Notes: generated by a model not told the origin, from the letters alone. Shown: positions 27,955-38,150, counted from the first letter of the stretch. The stretch: 64,000 nucleotides of DNA from an uncultured Candidatus Binatia bacterium (GCA_965214605.1 OZ243961.1:2688001-2752000); one strand, 5' to 3'. Program-made: numbers and translations.

Positions 27955-28898
27955 AGCCGGAGCGTCGGTCCTTCGATATTTTTAGCCTCTCGTTTTTGGA
28001 CGTGGTGTCGTGCGGATTCGGGGCGGTAATCCTGCTGGTCCTGATCTCCGATTTTTCGGAAGCAGTCACACCACAGCTCCAAGTCCAGACGGAAACCCTG
28101 CTGAGGGATATTCTGGCCGCCCAGACCGTTGCCGACACCCTGCAATCTGAGCTTGCCCAAAGGCAAGGGGAGGCCGCGGCGCGCGAAACCCTACTGGCAA
28201 AACTCCGGGCAGCAGCTGAGGCGGTGCGCCAGAGTGTCAAAACGAGCACAGACGAGAACAAAACGCTGGACAAAAATCTGGCCGGGCTGACGCTGGTTGA
28301 ACAATCCATAAAACGCGCCACCGTCCAACAGGAGACCGCTGAGGACAGTGATGAGGAGGTCGGCGGTATTCCGGTCGACAGCGATTACGTCGTTTTTATT
28401 GTTGACACGTCTGGAAGCATGCGGCAAATCTGGGGCCGGGTAACACGAGAACTTGAGAATGTTGTGACTATCCATCCTAAGATCAAAGGATTCCAGATTC
28501 TCAACGACAACGGTGCGCATCTTCTCTCAGGCTATGCCGGACGGTGGATTCCCGACACCCCACGACGCCGCCGGAGCGTGATCAGGCTGTTTAGGACATG
28601 GAACAGCACCTCGAACAGCAGCCCTGTCGAAGGACTCCACGTCGCCTTGCAGCGCTATGCCAAGCCGGGCGTTAAGCTGTCGATCTACATTTTTGGCGAC
28701 GACTACACGGGTGGTTCCTACGACCCGGTCATTGAGGCTCTAGCCAGGCTCAACACCAACACCGGAACCGGGGAGCGCCTTGCCAAGGTCCACGCGGTTG
28801 GGTTTGTTTCTCCACATACAACGGACCGTTTTCCCACCCTGATGCGCGAGCTGACTCGTCAGAACGGCGGTACCTTCATCGCCCTGCCGGTCCGGTAA
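27951..28898 (+). CDS. Second vWA-domain protein, paralogous architecture
   Basis: FSLSFLDVVSCGFGAVILLVLI; coiled coil; IVDTSGS; IFGDD; NGGTFIAL. Confidence 0.88.
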   Translation: MKPERRSFDIFSLSFLDVVSCGFGAVILLVLISDFSEAVTPQLQVQTETLLRDILAAQTVADTLQSELAQRQGEAAARETLLAKLRAAAEAVRQSVKTSTDENKTLDKNLAGLTLVEQSIKRATVQQETAEDSDEEVGGIPVDSDYVVFIVDTSGSMRQIWGRVTRELENVVTIHPKIKGFQILNDNGAHLLSGYAGRWIPDTPRRRRSVIRLFRTWNSTSNSSPVEGLHVALQRYAKPGVKLSIYIFGDDYTGGSYDPVIEALARLNTNTGTGERLAKVHAVGFVSPHTTDRFPTLMRELTRQNGGTFIALPVR

Positions 28899-28905
28899 TC
28901 CTCCC

Positions 28906-31107
28906 GTGCCCCACGTCTTTGACAATAGCACCCAGGCCCTCCGCCCCGCGCTGATAGAAACCCTGCGTGGCCGCCCACTGCGTAACGACAACGAGATCAA
29001 CCCCGATGCGCTAGGCTACATCTTTGAGAAGTACCTCAACCAGAAACAGCTGGGAGTTTATTACACCTAAGGAGGACATCACCGGCTATATCGGCCGCAA
29101 CACCATCATCCCGTTTTTGTTCGACCGGGCAAAAGACGCCTGCGCCATTGCTTTCGAGCCGACCGGCGGGATCTGGCGGCTGCTCACCAACGACCCGGAC
29201 CGCTATTTCTCCGAGGCCGTCCGCCACGGTATCAGCTTATGACCTGCACAAAGGGGAAGCCCTGGTCGAAACACGTCAGCTGCCGCCCGAGATAGCAGTC
29301 GGCCTGAACGATGTCTCAGCCCGCGCTGACTGGAACACGCCGGCCCCGTCCGACTATAGCCTGCCGACCGAGACCTGGCGCGAGCACATCGTTCGCCGCC
29401 GGCGCTACGAGGAAGTCCGGGCCGAGTTAGCTGGCGGCCATCTCACCTCTATCAATGACCTCATTACTTACAACCTGGACATTGAGACATTTGCCCAGGA
29501 TGTGATCATCGGAAGTGAGGGCCCGGAGCTGGTGCGTGCCTTCTGGAAGACCCTGAGCGCCGTCTCTGTCCTCGACCCTACCTGCGGCTCCGGCGCCTTT
29601 CTGTTCGCCGCGCTCAACATCCTAGAGCCGCTGTACAGCGCCTGTCTGGAGGCCATGCGTAGCTTTACGACCTTGATCGCTCGCCGCACTCCCACCACCG
29701 CCCGGAGAAGCTAGGTGACTTTCGCAAGATACTGGCTGAGGTCGAAGCTCACGCCAACGAGCGGTATTTCATTCTCAAGTCCATCATGGTCAACAATTTG
29801 TACGGGGTGGACATCATGGAAGAGGCTGTAGAGATCTGCAAGCTGCGCCTGTTCCTCAAGCTCGTCGCCCAGCTGGACCGCTCCGAGCAGATAGAGCCCC
29901 TGCCCGACATTGATTTCAACGTCCGTGCCGGCAATACCCTGGTCGGCTTTACCTCGCTTCAAGAAATCCAGGATGCTTTTGTCACGACCCGGGATGGTCA
30001 GCGCAGAATGCTCTATCCAGAAGACAAGGCTACCCTCACGCGTATTACAAAAAACGCCGCCCGCGTTGACCGCGCCTTCCGTCAGTTCTACGCCGTGCAG
30101 ACCAAGTCCGGCAGAGACGCCGGCAGGCGTACCGACGCAAAGGAGGCACTGCGGGAACGGTTCGCTGCTCTGCGAGACGAACTGGACAAGCATCTGGGCC
30201 GGGAGTATGGCGTCGCGGTCGAAAACCAACGGGCCTACCGGCACTGGCGGGCCAGCCATCAGCCCTTCCACTGGTTTGTGGAGTTCCACGGCCTTTTGAT
30301 CTCGGCGCCACGAATGTTGCCGCTCATGCGTCTCTTAACAAGTCGCACCTCCATCCATATGAGCAGTTTTGCCGTCCGTCCGGCGAAACTGTTTGTCGGC
30401 GTAGATATGAATTTCTCTATTGTGATCGGTACACTCAAGACAAAGAAGGATGAGACGAGATTTTTACAACGACGTACAACCGATGGAATGAGGTGAATAG
30501 TCTGTTCAGCCTCCTTTCGTATGTTGAATCTGAATGTAACGAGCCGCTTGCCGCTGTTTTCAAGATCGGTTCAGAGATCAGCCGAGCCGTTCTCGACAAG
30601 CTCAAACGCTTCCAGCCGCTCCAACGGTGTCACGCTAAAAGGTCCGCAAGTTCAATCTACTATCACAGTGGGGGGCGTTATTTTCGTAAATGTATGAAAA
30701 GAAAACTGTCCAACGAATATAAAGAACTGCGATTGCAAAAAGAAGCTGCAGATCCCCTTCTTTGCCTTCTGTCGTCGTCACTCTATTATTGGCTTTGGAT
30801 TATGTTTTCCGATTGCTATCATGTGACCCGACCAGATGTTGATATGGTTTACGTTCCTGATTCGTTGATCCTGGACCGCCGGTTTCACACACTGTCGGCC
30901 TCCCTCATAGACGATCTGGAAAAAAATTCAAAAGTCCGCATCCGAACACGGGAGGACGGCAGTAAGCGAAAAGAAGTCAATTATTTTGCTGGAAAATCAA
31001 AACACCTGCTCGACGAAATTGATAGAGGACTAGCAGACCACTACGGACTTACAGCAGAAGAATTGGACTTCATCATCAATTACGACATCAAATACCGCAG
31101 CGCCTAA
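28906..31107 (+). pseudogene. Decayed Eco57I-like (type IIG) N6-adenine methyltransferase locus
   Basis: Frameshifted fragments INPDALGYIFEKY, YYT/KEDIT, VLDPTCGSGAFL, NNLYGVDI, PFHWFVEF, ELDFIINYDIKYR; no NPPY motif after PFHW. Confidence 0.88.
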
Positions 31108-31113
31108 GCCACA

Positions 31114-33348
31114 TTAGAACCGGACGGCCGCTTCAATGCCCCACACCGGCGGCTCGTTCACCATGCTGGTCAGGTTATTGAAGTCAATGCCGCTGGTGGT
31201 GGAGAGGTCGTTCAGGATGTTGCGGCCAAAGGCGGCGACTTCCAGCTGGCCGCTGGCCGACCGCCAGGCTAGGCGGGCACCGCCCTCAAGCCGGTATTTG
31301 TCGCTGAACTCCCGCGAGTCGTACAGAAAGAAATGAACGCGGCTACGATAGATCCAGTCAGTGGACACAATCAATTCAGAGCCGCCGGCCAGCGACCAGG
31401 CATAGCTGAGGCCTAGGTTGGCGATCCAGCGCGGCGCGTCGGGCAGATCGTTGCCGTTGATCGACACTGTGCCGGGCACGGGACCGGGCGGGTCAAGTAT
31501 GGTGCAACCGGAGCCACAGGGTTGGACAAACAGGGTGGGATCGTCAATATTCGTGTAATTGTAGCTCGCCCCGCCGGTGATACGTAGCCCGCGGCTCAGC
31601 ATCAGTTGCAGGTCGACCTCGACGCCCCGGCCGGTGGTGTGCTCGGCGTTCACTAGGCGGTTGATGTTGCTCGTGCCACTGCCTGCGGTCAACTGCTGGT
31701 CTCGTAGCCAGTAGTGATAGGCGGCTAGGTCCAGATGTAACCGGCGTTGCCAGCCACGCAGCTTCACCCCGGTTTCAACCGAGATAATCCGCTCGGTATC
31801 GGCTACGGTGACCTCGTCGCCAAACAGCAGCCGGCCCTGAATGCTGGGGGCGCGGAAGCTGCTGGCCGCCCGTACATAGGGCTGGACGCCTGGGGCCGCT
31901 TGGTAGCGTAGGCTGGCGTCCCAGCTTGGCACTAGGTCACGCGGGCTGCGACGCAGTGGGGCCAGCGGGCCGCTGCCGATGGGCGACTGTAAGCGCTCGC
32001 CCTCATATTCCTTGTCGTCTTCAGATACCCGTACTCCGCCACCGACCTCCAGCCCGTCGGTCAGCTTGAAGGTCGCCGAGGCAAACACCGCCCAGGCTTC
32101 AGTGCGCTGCTTCTGGCGCGCATAGCCGTTGAGGAGGCTGCCGTTGGACGTATCAAAACTGAAGGTATCAATCGTGAGCGACTCGCGGAAATAGAAGACG
32201 CCCAGCCGCCAGTCCAAGCGTTGGGCATCTGCAGCTTCCAGGCGGATCTCCTGACTGAACTGGTATAGGGACGGATGGCCGTCTGAGGTCTCAGACGGAA
32301 AGGGAACCGGGTTGTGCGGACTGCCGCCGTCCACATCGCCATGGGACAAGCTGTCCAGCCATTCCGCACCGGTCAGCGAGACCAGCCGAAAGCGCTCCAG
32401 GCCGTAGCGCAGTTCAGCAGAAAACCCCTGGCCGCTGATCTCCTGTGAGTTGGTGCCGTCCAGAGAGATCTTGTCACGGCGGAAGCCGTGACGAAGCCGG
32501 CTTGTGCCTAGCTTGATAGTGTTGGCTCGGAAGAGTCGTGCCGTGCCGTCAAAGTCGCGGACCTGGACCTTGAACCGCCCGGAGAAATCCTCCAGCGGCG
32601 TCCACAACAGTTGGAAGCGGCCGGCGATGTCACGGTATCCGCCCAGAGCGCTGTCTTCACCGGTATAGGTGTTGTCCACCCAGTCGGCCCGCCGCTGGAC
32701 GATGAGTGAGGCCCGAGCGGCCAGCACGGATGGGATCAACGGGCCGGACACCGCCCCCTCGAAGTTCACGCCGTCAAACCGTCCATAGGACAGCCGCCCG
32801 TAGCCCTCAGGCGTCCAAGTCGGCCGGGCGGATTCGATCTTGATCAGCCCGGCTGGGGTGTTGCGACCGAAAAGCGTGCCCTGAGGGCCGCGCAAGACCT
32901 CAATGCGATCGATATCGAAAACCGGCGTGCCCTTAAGCAAGGGGTTTTCCAGCACAACGCCGTCATGAATCACCGACACCGGCTGAGAGGCGTTCAGGTC
33001 AAAGTCGGTGTTGCCAAGACCGCGGATGTAGAAGCGCGGAAAGATCCGCCCGAAAGACGACTTGATTTGCAGGCTAGGGACGCGGCTGTTTAGAAAGCGG
33101 ATGTCGTGGCCCGAGGCGCGCAGCCAGTCGAGTTCTTCACCCTGCAACACGGACAGGGCCAGTGGCACGTCAAAGGACCGCTGTTCCTGCTTGCGGGCGG
33201 TCACAACGATTTCGCTCAGCTCGTGGCGCGGTCGGGTTGCCTGTTGCGCTGCCGCTGCCGTGACGAGGCCTAGCAGCACCCCAATGAGTGCAGGCAGTAC
33301 GGATTTTGACAGTGAACAAGATTTCATCATTGGTGAGAAAGGTTTCAT
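31114..33348 (-). CDS. TonB-dependent outer-membrane receptor (start uncertain)
   Basis: Signal peptide, EIVVTARK TonB box, YIRG, IEVLRGPQGTLFGRN, terminal F. Confidence 0.96.
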   Translation of the reverse strand: MKPFSPMMKSCSLSKSVLPALIGVLLGLVTAAAAQQATRPRHELSEIVVTARKQEQRSFDVPLALSVLQGEELDWLRASGHDIRFLNSRVPSLQIKSSFGRIFPRFYIRGLGNTDFDLNASQPVSVIHDGVVLENPLLKGTPVFDIDRIEVLRGPQGTLFGRNTPAGLIKIESARPTWTPEGYGRLSYGRFDGVNFEGAVSGPLIPSVLAARASLIVQRRADWVDNTYTGEDSALGGYRDIAGRFQLLWTPLEDFSGRFKVQVRDFDGTARLFRANTIKLGTSRLRHGFRRDKISLDGTNSQEISGQGFSAELRYGLERFRLVSLTGAEWLDSLSHGDVDGGSPHNPVPFPSETSDGHPSLYQFSQEIRLEAADAQRLDWRLGVFYFRESLTIDTFSFDTSNGSLLNGYARQKQRTEAWAVFASATFKLTDGLEVGGGVRVSEDDKEYEGERLQSPIGSGPLAPLRRSPRDLVPSWDASLRYQAAPGVQPYVRAASSFRAPSIQGRLLFGDEVTVADTERIISVETGVKLRGWQRRLHLDLAAYHYWLRDQQLTAGSGTSNINRLVNAEHTTGRGVEVDLQLMLSRGLRITGGASYNYTNIDDPTLFVQPCGSGCTILDPPGPVPGTVSINGNDLPDAPRWIANLGLSYAWSLAGGSELIVSTDWIYRSRVHFFLYDSREFSDKYRLEGGARLAWRSASGQLEVAAFGRNILNDLSTTSGIDFNNLTSMVNEPPVWGIEAAVRF

Positions 33349-33355
33349 CGGCCGG
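33312..33355 (-). repeat. Degenerate palindromic element copy over the receptor start region
   Basis: Minus strand CCGGCCGATGA-N22-ATCTTGTTCAC; 28/45 ungapped identity to the parA copy by manual count. Confidence 0.45.
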
Positions 33356-33397
33356 CTATGAGCGAATCAGCACCATCCTAATGTATAGAGCGACTTT

Positions 33398-33738
33398 TTA
33401 CAGTGGCGCTCCGCTGTCAGAGTTGGCAGCCCCATTGACTGCGCCGGGGCCGGACACGCTCGCGGTCTCCAGGCGAGACAGCCCCAATGGTCTGGGCGAC
33501 TTGGACAGGCCGGCTGATGCGAGTGCCTGACTAATGTCGAACTCCCAGACCTCTAGACCGATCTCGGTTGTGACGCTCCACACCTCAGCGCTGGAGAGGC
33601 CGTTTTTGGCCGGCTGCGTCCCAACTGCGGCAAGGTTGACCGCGGAGATGATAGACCATGGAAGGCAGTTGCGTACCCGTTTGGCTCCCGGTTCGTTGTG
33701 CATGGACGCAAGAAGCGCTGCAGCATCACGCACGTCAT
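33398..33738 (-). pseudogene. vapC: VapC (PIN) toxin pseudogene
   Basis: Frameshifted DAAALLA...EPGAKRV...ISAVNLA...LGLS/LGDR...PTLTAER. Confidence 0.8.
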
Positions 33739-33960
33739 GAGGCACCATCACGCTGTGCCTCATGACGACGTTCTGCACTGAGTTCGTCAATAAGGCCGAC
33801 TTCAGGGGGGAGACGACGAGCGATAAGCTTTTGCACCCGTTCGATGGCCGTGGCCCGGCTGTAAAGACAGACTGTCAGCCGCAAGAGGACCGTGTCGCCA
33901 TCTTTGATTCCGGGCGTTTTGGTGAGGACCGGTGGGACGGCCAAGCCGGCAGGCGGATAT
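33735..33960 (-). pseudogene. AbrB/MazE-type antitoxin remnant
   Basis: GIKDGDTVLLRL...AIERVQKL...LIDELSAERRHEA; stop overlaps vapC ATG (ATGA). Confidence 0.7.
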
Positions 33961-34878
33961 GAGGGGGACTGAGACAGGGGCGAAGCGACCGGCATCAAGC
34001 GACCCCTGCACCGTGCTCCTCGGTTCGTTCGACCACTTGCTGTCGCCCCTCCTGCAGAGGCCATGGAGAGGAGGATTGCCCAAGGCTCCCTGATCTTGAC
34101 ACAGCGGGAAGACCCTTCTCATTGCCTGTTCTATCATTCCGACCAGTGATCCTTTCGAAGTCAGGCCTGTCAGGCCGCTATTCGGGTCAGCATCGACGCA
34201 ATCCGACCGCCTGATCGACCAAGCCGTCAAAGCGGTCAAGCAGCCGCCTTTGCTCTTCGAAGGCCGGAAGGATAGACAAGAAGAGGAAGAGAGTCGTGCT
34301 TAGTAGAGAGGCAGCCGCCCGTTATCCGAGAGGGTGACTGCTACGGCTGATCTGCATTTCATGCCAACAGCGGCTCTAGCGCCGTCGGTAGCTATTTTAA
34401 CGCAAACCGGACCGTTTCGACAGGCAGGTTGAGCGAAACGTGGTCCTCTGTCTCGCCACCGATATCTTTGACCAACACGTCTCAGGCTTGTCTCCTGATC
34501 GCAAGGACGGTTGGAGAGTCGTTTTGGCTCGAGCCCACAAAATTCAGCCCCAAGCTCTCGGGAGTGAGGACGGTGGTTGTGCTTCCGCCACCAACGATCC
34601 GATAGGGGTACCCTCCCGGATCGTTTGAAAGACTGGAATGGAAATCCTGTGGACAAACCGGTAGCAACAGAGCCTTAGCAAATTCTCGGGCGATTGCGGT
34701 AACCGACCGTGTCGGTACCGGGAGCCATGCGACAAGAATGAGAGATTCGCGACCTTGGATTTTGCACTTCGATCCCCATTGGGCCAAAGCCCATCGTATG
34801 AGGCACGCTATCGACAAGTCTGGCTGGGGCTTCGAGTTGGTCGTTGACGCCGACTGAGTGGCTTTGTAGGTTACATCA

Positions 34879-36282
34879 GTGGCATCACGACGACCCTCTT
34901 CCCCACCTCGGCAGGGGAACCTACGTTCCACCGGTCAGGGTTCTTCCTCTCCCCATACGCCCCGAACAAAACCCGGCTCCGGCAAGCTGGCACGACCTTT
35001 TCGCGGCAAGTTTCAGGCCAAAGCTCGGCGCTTCCAGGATCGCCCGTCCGTCTTGCGCGACAAAGAACGTCAACAAAACCAGACCCCAGCCGCCCGGCGT
35101 CCGCCCTGTCCGCATTATCCAGCCTGCCATGGCTGCCCCTTTGTCGGTGTTCCCTATGATGAACAGTTGAGCAAGAAACAGGCCCAGATCACGGCCGCTT
35201 TTGCCGACTATCTGTCTCTACGACCTGTCACTATTCCCGTCCCGGTTGCGTCCGGTCGCCGCTTTGGCTATCGCGCTCGGGTCAAGCTGGCCGTGCAACG
35301 CGTAAAGGGCAAGCCGGTCATTGGGCTGTATCGTCCGGAGTCGCACCGGGTTATCGACGCCTCGGCCTGTCCGGTCCATCCGCCGCCGATCAACGCCCTT
35401 GTGCGTTGTCTGAAGCAGCTGATTGAGAAACTCAGAATCACGCCGTATGACGAGCGGCACGATACCGGCCAACTCCGCTATCTCGACATTCGCTATAGTT
35501 TTTGGCAGAGACGCCTGCTGCTCACCCTGGTCACCCGTCACATGGATTTTCCGCAGATCCGTGAGCTTACCCGTGAGCTTGGCCGGCGCTTTCCGCACCT
35601 GGTCGGGGTGGTGCAGAATATCAATGATATCCCGGGGACCGAGGGGAACAGCATCTGGGGACACCGCTTTCACCCGCTGCGCGGACGCGACTCGCTCATC
35701 GAACAGGTCGGTCACCTGCGGCTCCATTCCTCGGCCGACACGTTCACCCAAATCAATCCGCCGGTTGCTCGCCAGCTCTACCAGACGGTCCTGGACTGGG
35801 CAGAGCTGAGCGCAGAGCACATCGCTCTTGATCTGTATTGCGGGACCGGACCGATAGCCCTGTATCTGGCCAGTCGGGCCAAACTCGTTGTCGGGGTTGA
35901 CGACAATACCCGGGCGATCCGGGTGGCTAAAGAAAACGCGCGTCACAATGGCTATCACAACACCCGCTTTTTCGCTGGGGATGCGGCGCATAGACTCAGA
36001 GAGACTGCCAGTCGGCTCGCCCGAATTGACTGTATCGTCGTCAATCCGCCCCGCAAGGGTCTGAGTCCCCGCGCGTTTACCGCGCTTGAGGCGGTGGCTG
36101 CGCCGCGTCTGGCCTACGTCTCGTGCGACCCGCTAAGCTTAGCCCGTGACCTTGATGGACTCTGCCGGGCCGGGTATCGGCTGACCAAACTCCAGCCTTT
36201 TGATATGTTTCCCCAAACAGACAAGGTTGAAACGCTTGTCCTCCTCAATCGGGCAGGTCGGGCGGAGGAGACGGACGCATGA
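34879..36282 (+). CDS. rlmD: 23S rRNA m5U1939 methyltransferase (RlmD/TrmA family)
   Basis: CPHYPACHGCP Fe-S motif, FTQIN, LDLYCGTG, NPPRKG, YVSCDP, FDMFPQT. Confidence 0.93.
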   Translation: MASRRPSSPPRQGNLRSTGQGSSSPHTPRTKPGSGKLARPFRGKFQAKARRFQDRPSVLRDKERQQNQTPAARRPPCPHYPACHGCPFVGVPYDEQLSKKQAQITAAFADYLSLRPVTIPVPVASGRRFGYRARVKLAVQRVKGKPVIGLYRPESHRVIDASACPVHPPPINALVRCLKQLIEKLRITPYDERHDTGQLRYLDIRYSFWQRRLLLTLVTRHMDFPQIRELTRELGRRFPHLVGVVQNINDIPGTEGNSIWGHRFHPLRGRDSLIEQVGHLRLHSSADTFTQINPPVARQLYQTVLDWAELSAEHIALDLYCGTGPIALYLASRAKLVVGVDDNTRAIRVAKENARHNGYHNTRFFAGDAAHRLRETASRLARIDCIVVNPPRKGLSPRAFTALEAVAAPRLAYVSCDPLSLARDLDGLCRAGYRLTKLQPFDMFPQTDKVETLVLLNRAGRAEETDA

Positions 36283-37043
36283 GACCTGTGTGGTACACTG
36301 CCGCCGGTTGGGAGCGGATTCCTCATCTGATTCACGGCTTTTCCGGTCGAATAGCCGATCAGGCAGCGGCCCTGTCCGCTCTCTCCGAGGTGCAGCTCCC
36401 GCTGCATACGCTCAAACAGGTGCACGGGAACGAGATCCGGGTTGTTGGGAGCTCAGACCCACCCTGGCCAGACAAGACAAGGGGAACACGGATGCTCCCC
36501 TCTTGGAGGAACAACCCCCAGGCAGACGGGATGCTGAGTGCCGAAGCCGGTCAGCTTTTGGGCATTACCACCGCGGACTGCGTGCCTATCCTGATGGTTG
36601 CCCCACACCACCGCATGGTTGCCGCCCTGCACGCCGGCTGGCGGGGAACGGCCAAAGACATCTGTGGGCGCGCTATCCGGTCTCTGGAAACGGACTGGGG
36701 CGTCCCTCCCGCCGACCTGTTGGTCGCCTTGGGCCCGTCTATTGATGGTTGTTGTTACGAAGTTGGCCGCGATATTGGCGAAACCCTAGCCCAACAGCGG
36801 GGAACGCAGGGCTGGCGTGCCTGGCGGTCGAACGGCGACACCGGCTTCCTGGATTTACGCCTGGTCAATCGCCTGCGGTGTGAACAGTTTGGCGTTGCCC
36901 CCGACCGGATTCAACACGTTGGGCCGTGTACGTTTTGTTCAGGAGCGCTGCTGTCCTCGTATCGCAGAGAAGGAACCCATGCCGGCCGTCAGCTGAGCGT
37001 CATTGGCTGGTACGAGACGCTCGGTCGGAGTATTTGTCCGTGA
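36279..37043 (+). CDS. pgeF: PgeF/YfiH peptidoglycan editing factor (laccase-like domain)
   Basis: KQVHG, TADCVPI, HAGWRG, GPSI-CCYEV, SYRR. Confidence 0.95.
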   Translation: MRPVWYTAAGWERIPHLIHGFSGRIADQAAALSALSEVQLPLHTLKQVHGNEIRVVGSSDPPWPDKTRGTRMLPSWRNNPQADGMLSAEAGQLLGITTADCVPILMVAPHHRMVAALHAGWRGTAKDICGRAIRSLETDWGVPPADLLVALGPSIDGCCYEVGRDIGETLAQQRGTQGWRAWRSNGDTGFLDLRLVNRLRCEQFGVAPDRIQHVGPCTFCSGALLSSYRREGTHAGRQLSVIGWYETLGRSICP

Positions 37044-37045
37044 CG

Positions 37046-38125
37046 ATGAGAGCTATACGTATTGGTGTCATTGGTGCAGGCGGATGGGGAACGGCGCTGG
37101 CAGCCTTGTTGACCAAGGCCGGTCACGCCGTGTGCCTGTGGGTGCGCAAGCCCGAGCTGTGCGCCGAACTGCAAAAGACTGGCCAAAACCCGCGTTATTT
37201 GCCCGGAGTTCAGCTTCCCGCCGGTTTGACCTCCAGCGCTTCTCTGGCCGAGGTGGCCCGAGAAAAAGATATGCTGGTGCTCGCCGTCCCTGCTCAGGTG
37301 CTGCGTGGGGTGGTGTCCGAGTTGATACCGTTTCTGGCCTTAGAAGTGAACGATGAGGAGCAGTTGGGCAAGAAGCGCTCCTCATCGTTTTCCTCTTCGG
37401 TCGCTCCGGTCTTGGTCAATACTAGTAAAGGTGTTGAAGAAGAGACCTTGCTGACGATGAGCGGAGTGCTCAGAGAGGTGTTGGGACCCGGGGTACAGGC
37501 ACGTCTGGCCACCCTCTCCGGTCCTAGCTTTGCGGCCGATGTGGTGCGTGGCTTGCCAGCGGCGGTCACCGTCGCCGCTGCGAACCAAGTCCTGGCTCAA
37601 GAAGTCCAGCAGCTCTTTGCAACGGCCGAGTTCCGGGTCTATACCACAACCGATGTGACCGGGGTGGAGATTGGTGGGGCGGCAAAGAATGTCATTGCCC
37701 TAGCGGCCGGAGTCAGCGACGGACTGGGCTATGGGCAGAGTGCCCGCGCGGCGCTGATTACCAGAGGGCTGGTCGAGATTACGCGTTTAGCCGAATGGAT
37801 GGGTGGGTTGCCCCAGACCTTGTCCGGCCTGTCGGGCCTGGGAGATTTAGTCCTCACCTGTACCAGCACCCTGAGTCGAAATTATCAGGTGGGTGTACGT
37901 CTGGGCAAAGGCGAACCGATCGACAACATTCTGAACAGCATGACGACAGTAGCCGAGGGAGTGCGGACGAGTCGCTCCATCTTTGCCCTGGCCCAGCAGA
38001 GCGGCGTTGAAATGCCGATTATTGAGCAGGTCCACGCCCTTCTCTATCACCACAAATCTGCCCGCGAGGTAGTGACCGTCCTGCTCGGACGTGAGGTGAA
38101 ACCCGAATTTAGTAGCCGAAATTGA
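37046..38125 (+). CDS. gpsA: NAD(P)H-dependent glycerol-3-phosphate dehydrogenase with internal insertion
   Basis: GAGGWGTALA, SKG, LSGPSFA, GGAAKNV, GLSGLGDL-LTC-SRN. Confidence 0.97.
   Translation: MRAIRIGVIGAGGWGTALAALLTKAGHAVCLWVRKPELCAELQKTGQNPRYLPGVQLPAGLTSSASLAEVAREKDMLVLAVPAQVLRGVVSELIPFLALEVNDEEQLGKKRSSSFSSSVAPVLVNTSKGVEEETLLTMSGVLREVLGPGVQARLATLSGPSFAADVVRGLPAAVTVAAANQVLAQEVQQLFATAEFRVYTTTDVTGVEIGGAAKNVIALAAGVSDGLGYGQSARAALITRGLVEITRLAEWMGGLPQTLSGLSGLGDLVLTCTSTLSRNYQVGVRLGKGEPIDNILNSMTTVAEGVRTSRSIFALAQQSGVEMPIIEQVHALLYHHKSAREVVTVLLGREVKPEFSSRN
37346..37392 (+). repeat. Palindromic element copy inserted in frame in gpsA
   Basis: GTGAACGATGA-N25-TCATCGTTTTC; perfect 13-bp stem AACGATGAGGAGC / GCTCCTCATCGTT; encodes VNDEEQLGKKRSSSF. 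Confidence 0.85.
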
Positions 38126-38150
38126 CAACCTTGGCCCGGTATGGTGAGAT
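38122..38150 (+). promoter_or_regulatory. Sigma70-like promoter for the rpmH operon
   Basis: TTGACA-17 bp-TGAGAT. Confidence 0.45.

Noticed and set aside
26033-28898. Zorya ZorAB defence system
   Set aside because: The MotA protein lacks a long cytoplasmic tail, partners carry vWA rather than OmpA-like domains, and no zorC/D/E is present.
29305-29315. Another palindromic-element arm (CTGAACGATGT)
   Set aside because: No partner arm; explained by methylase coding sequence GLNDVS.
34000-34870. Riboswitch or ncRNA, or TnpB fragment, upstream of the TonB receptor / vapBC
   Set aside because: Hairpins exist (AACGATCCG / CGGATCGTT near 34593) and a short AIDKSGWG peptide, but I could not recognise any family consensus by eye; an Rfam scan is needed.
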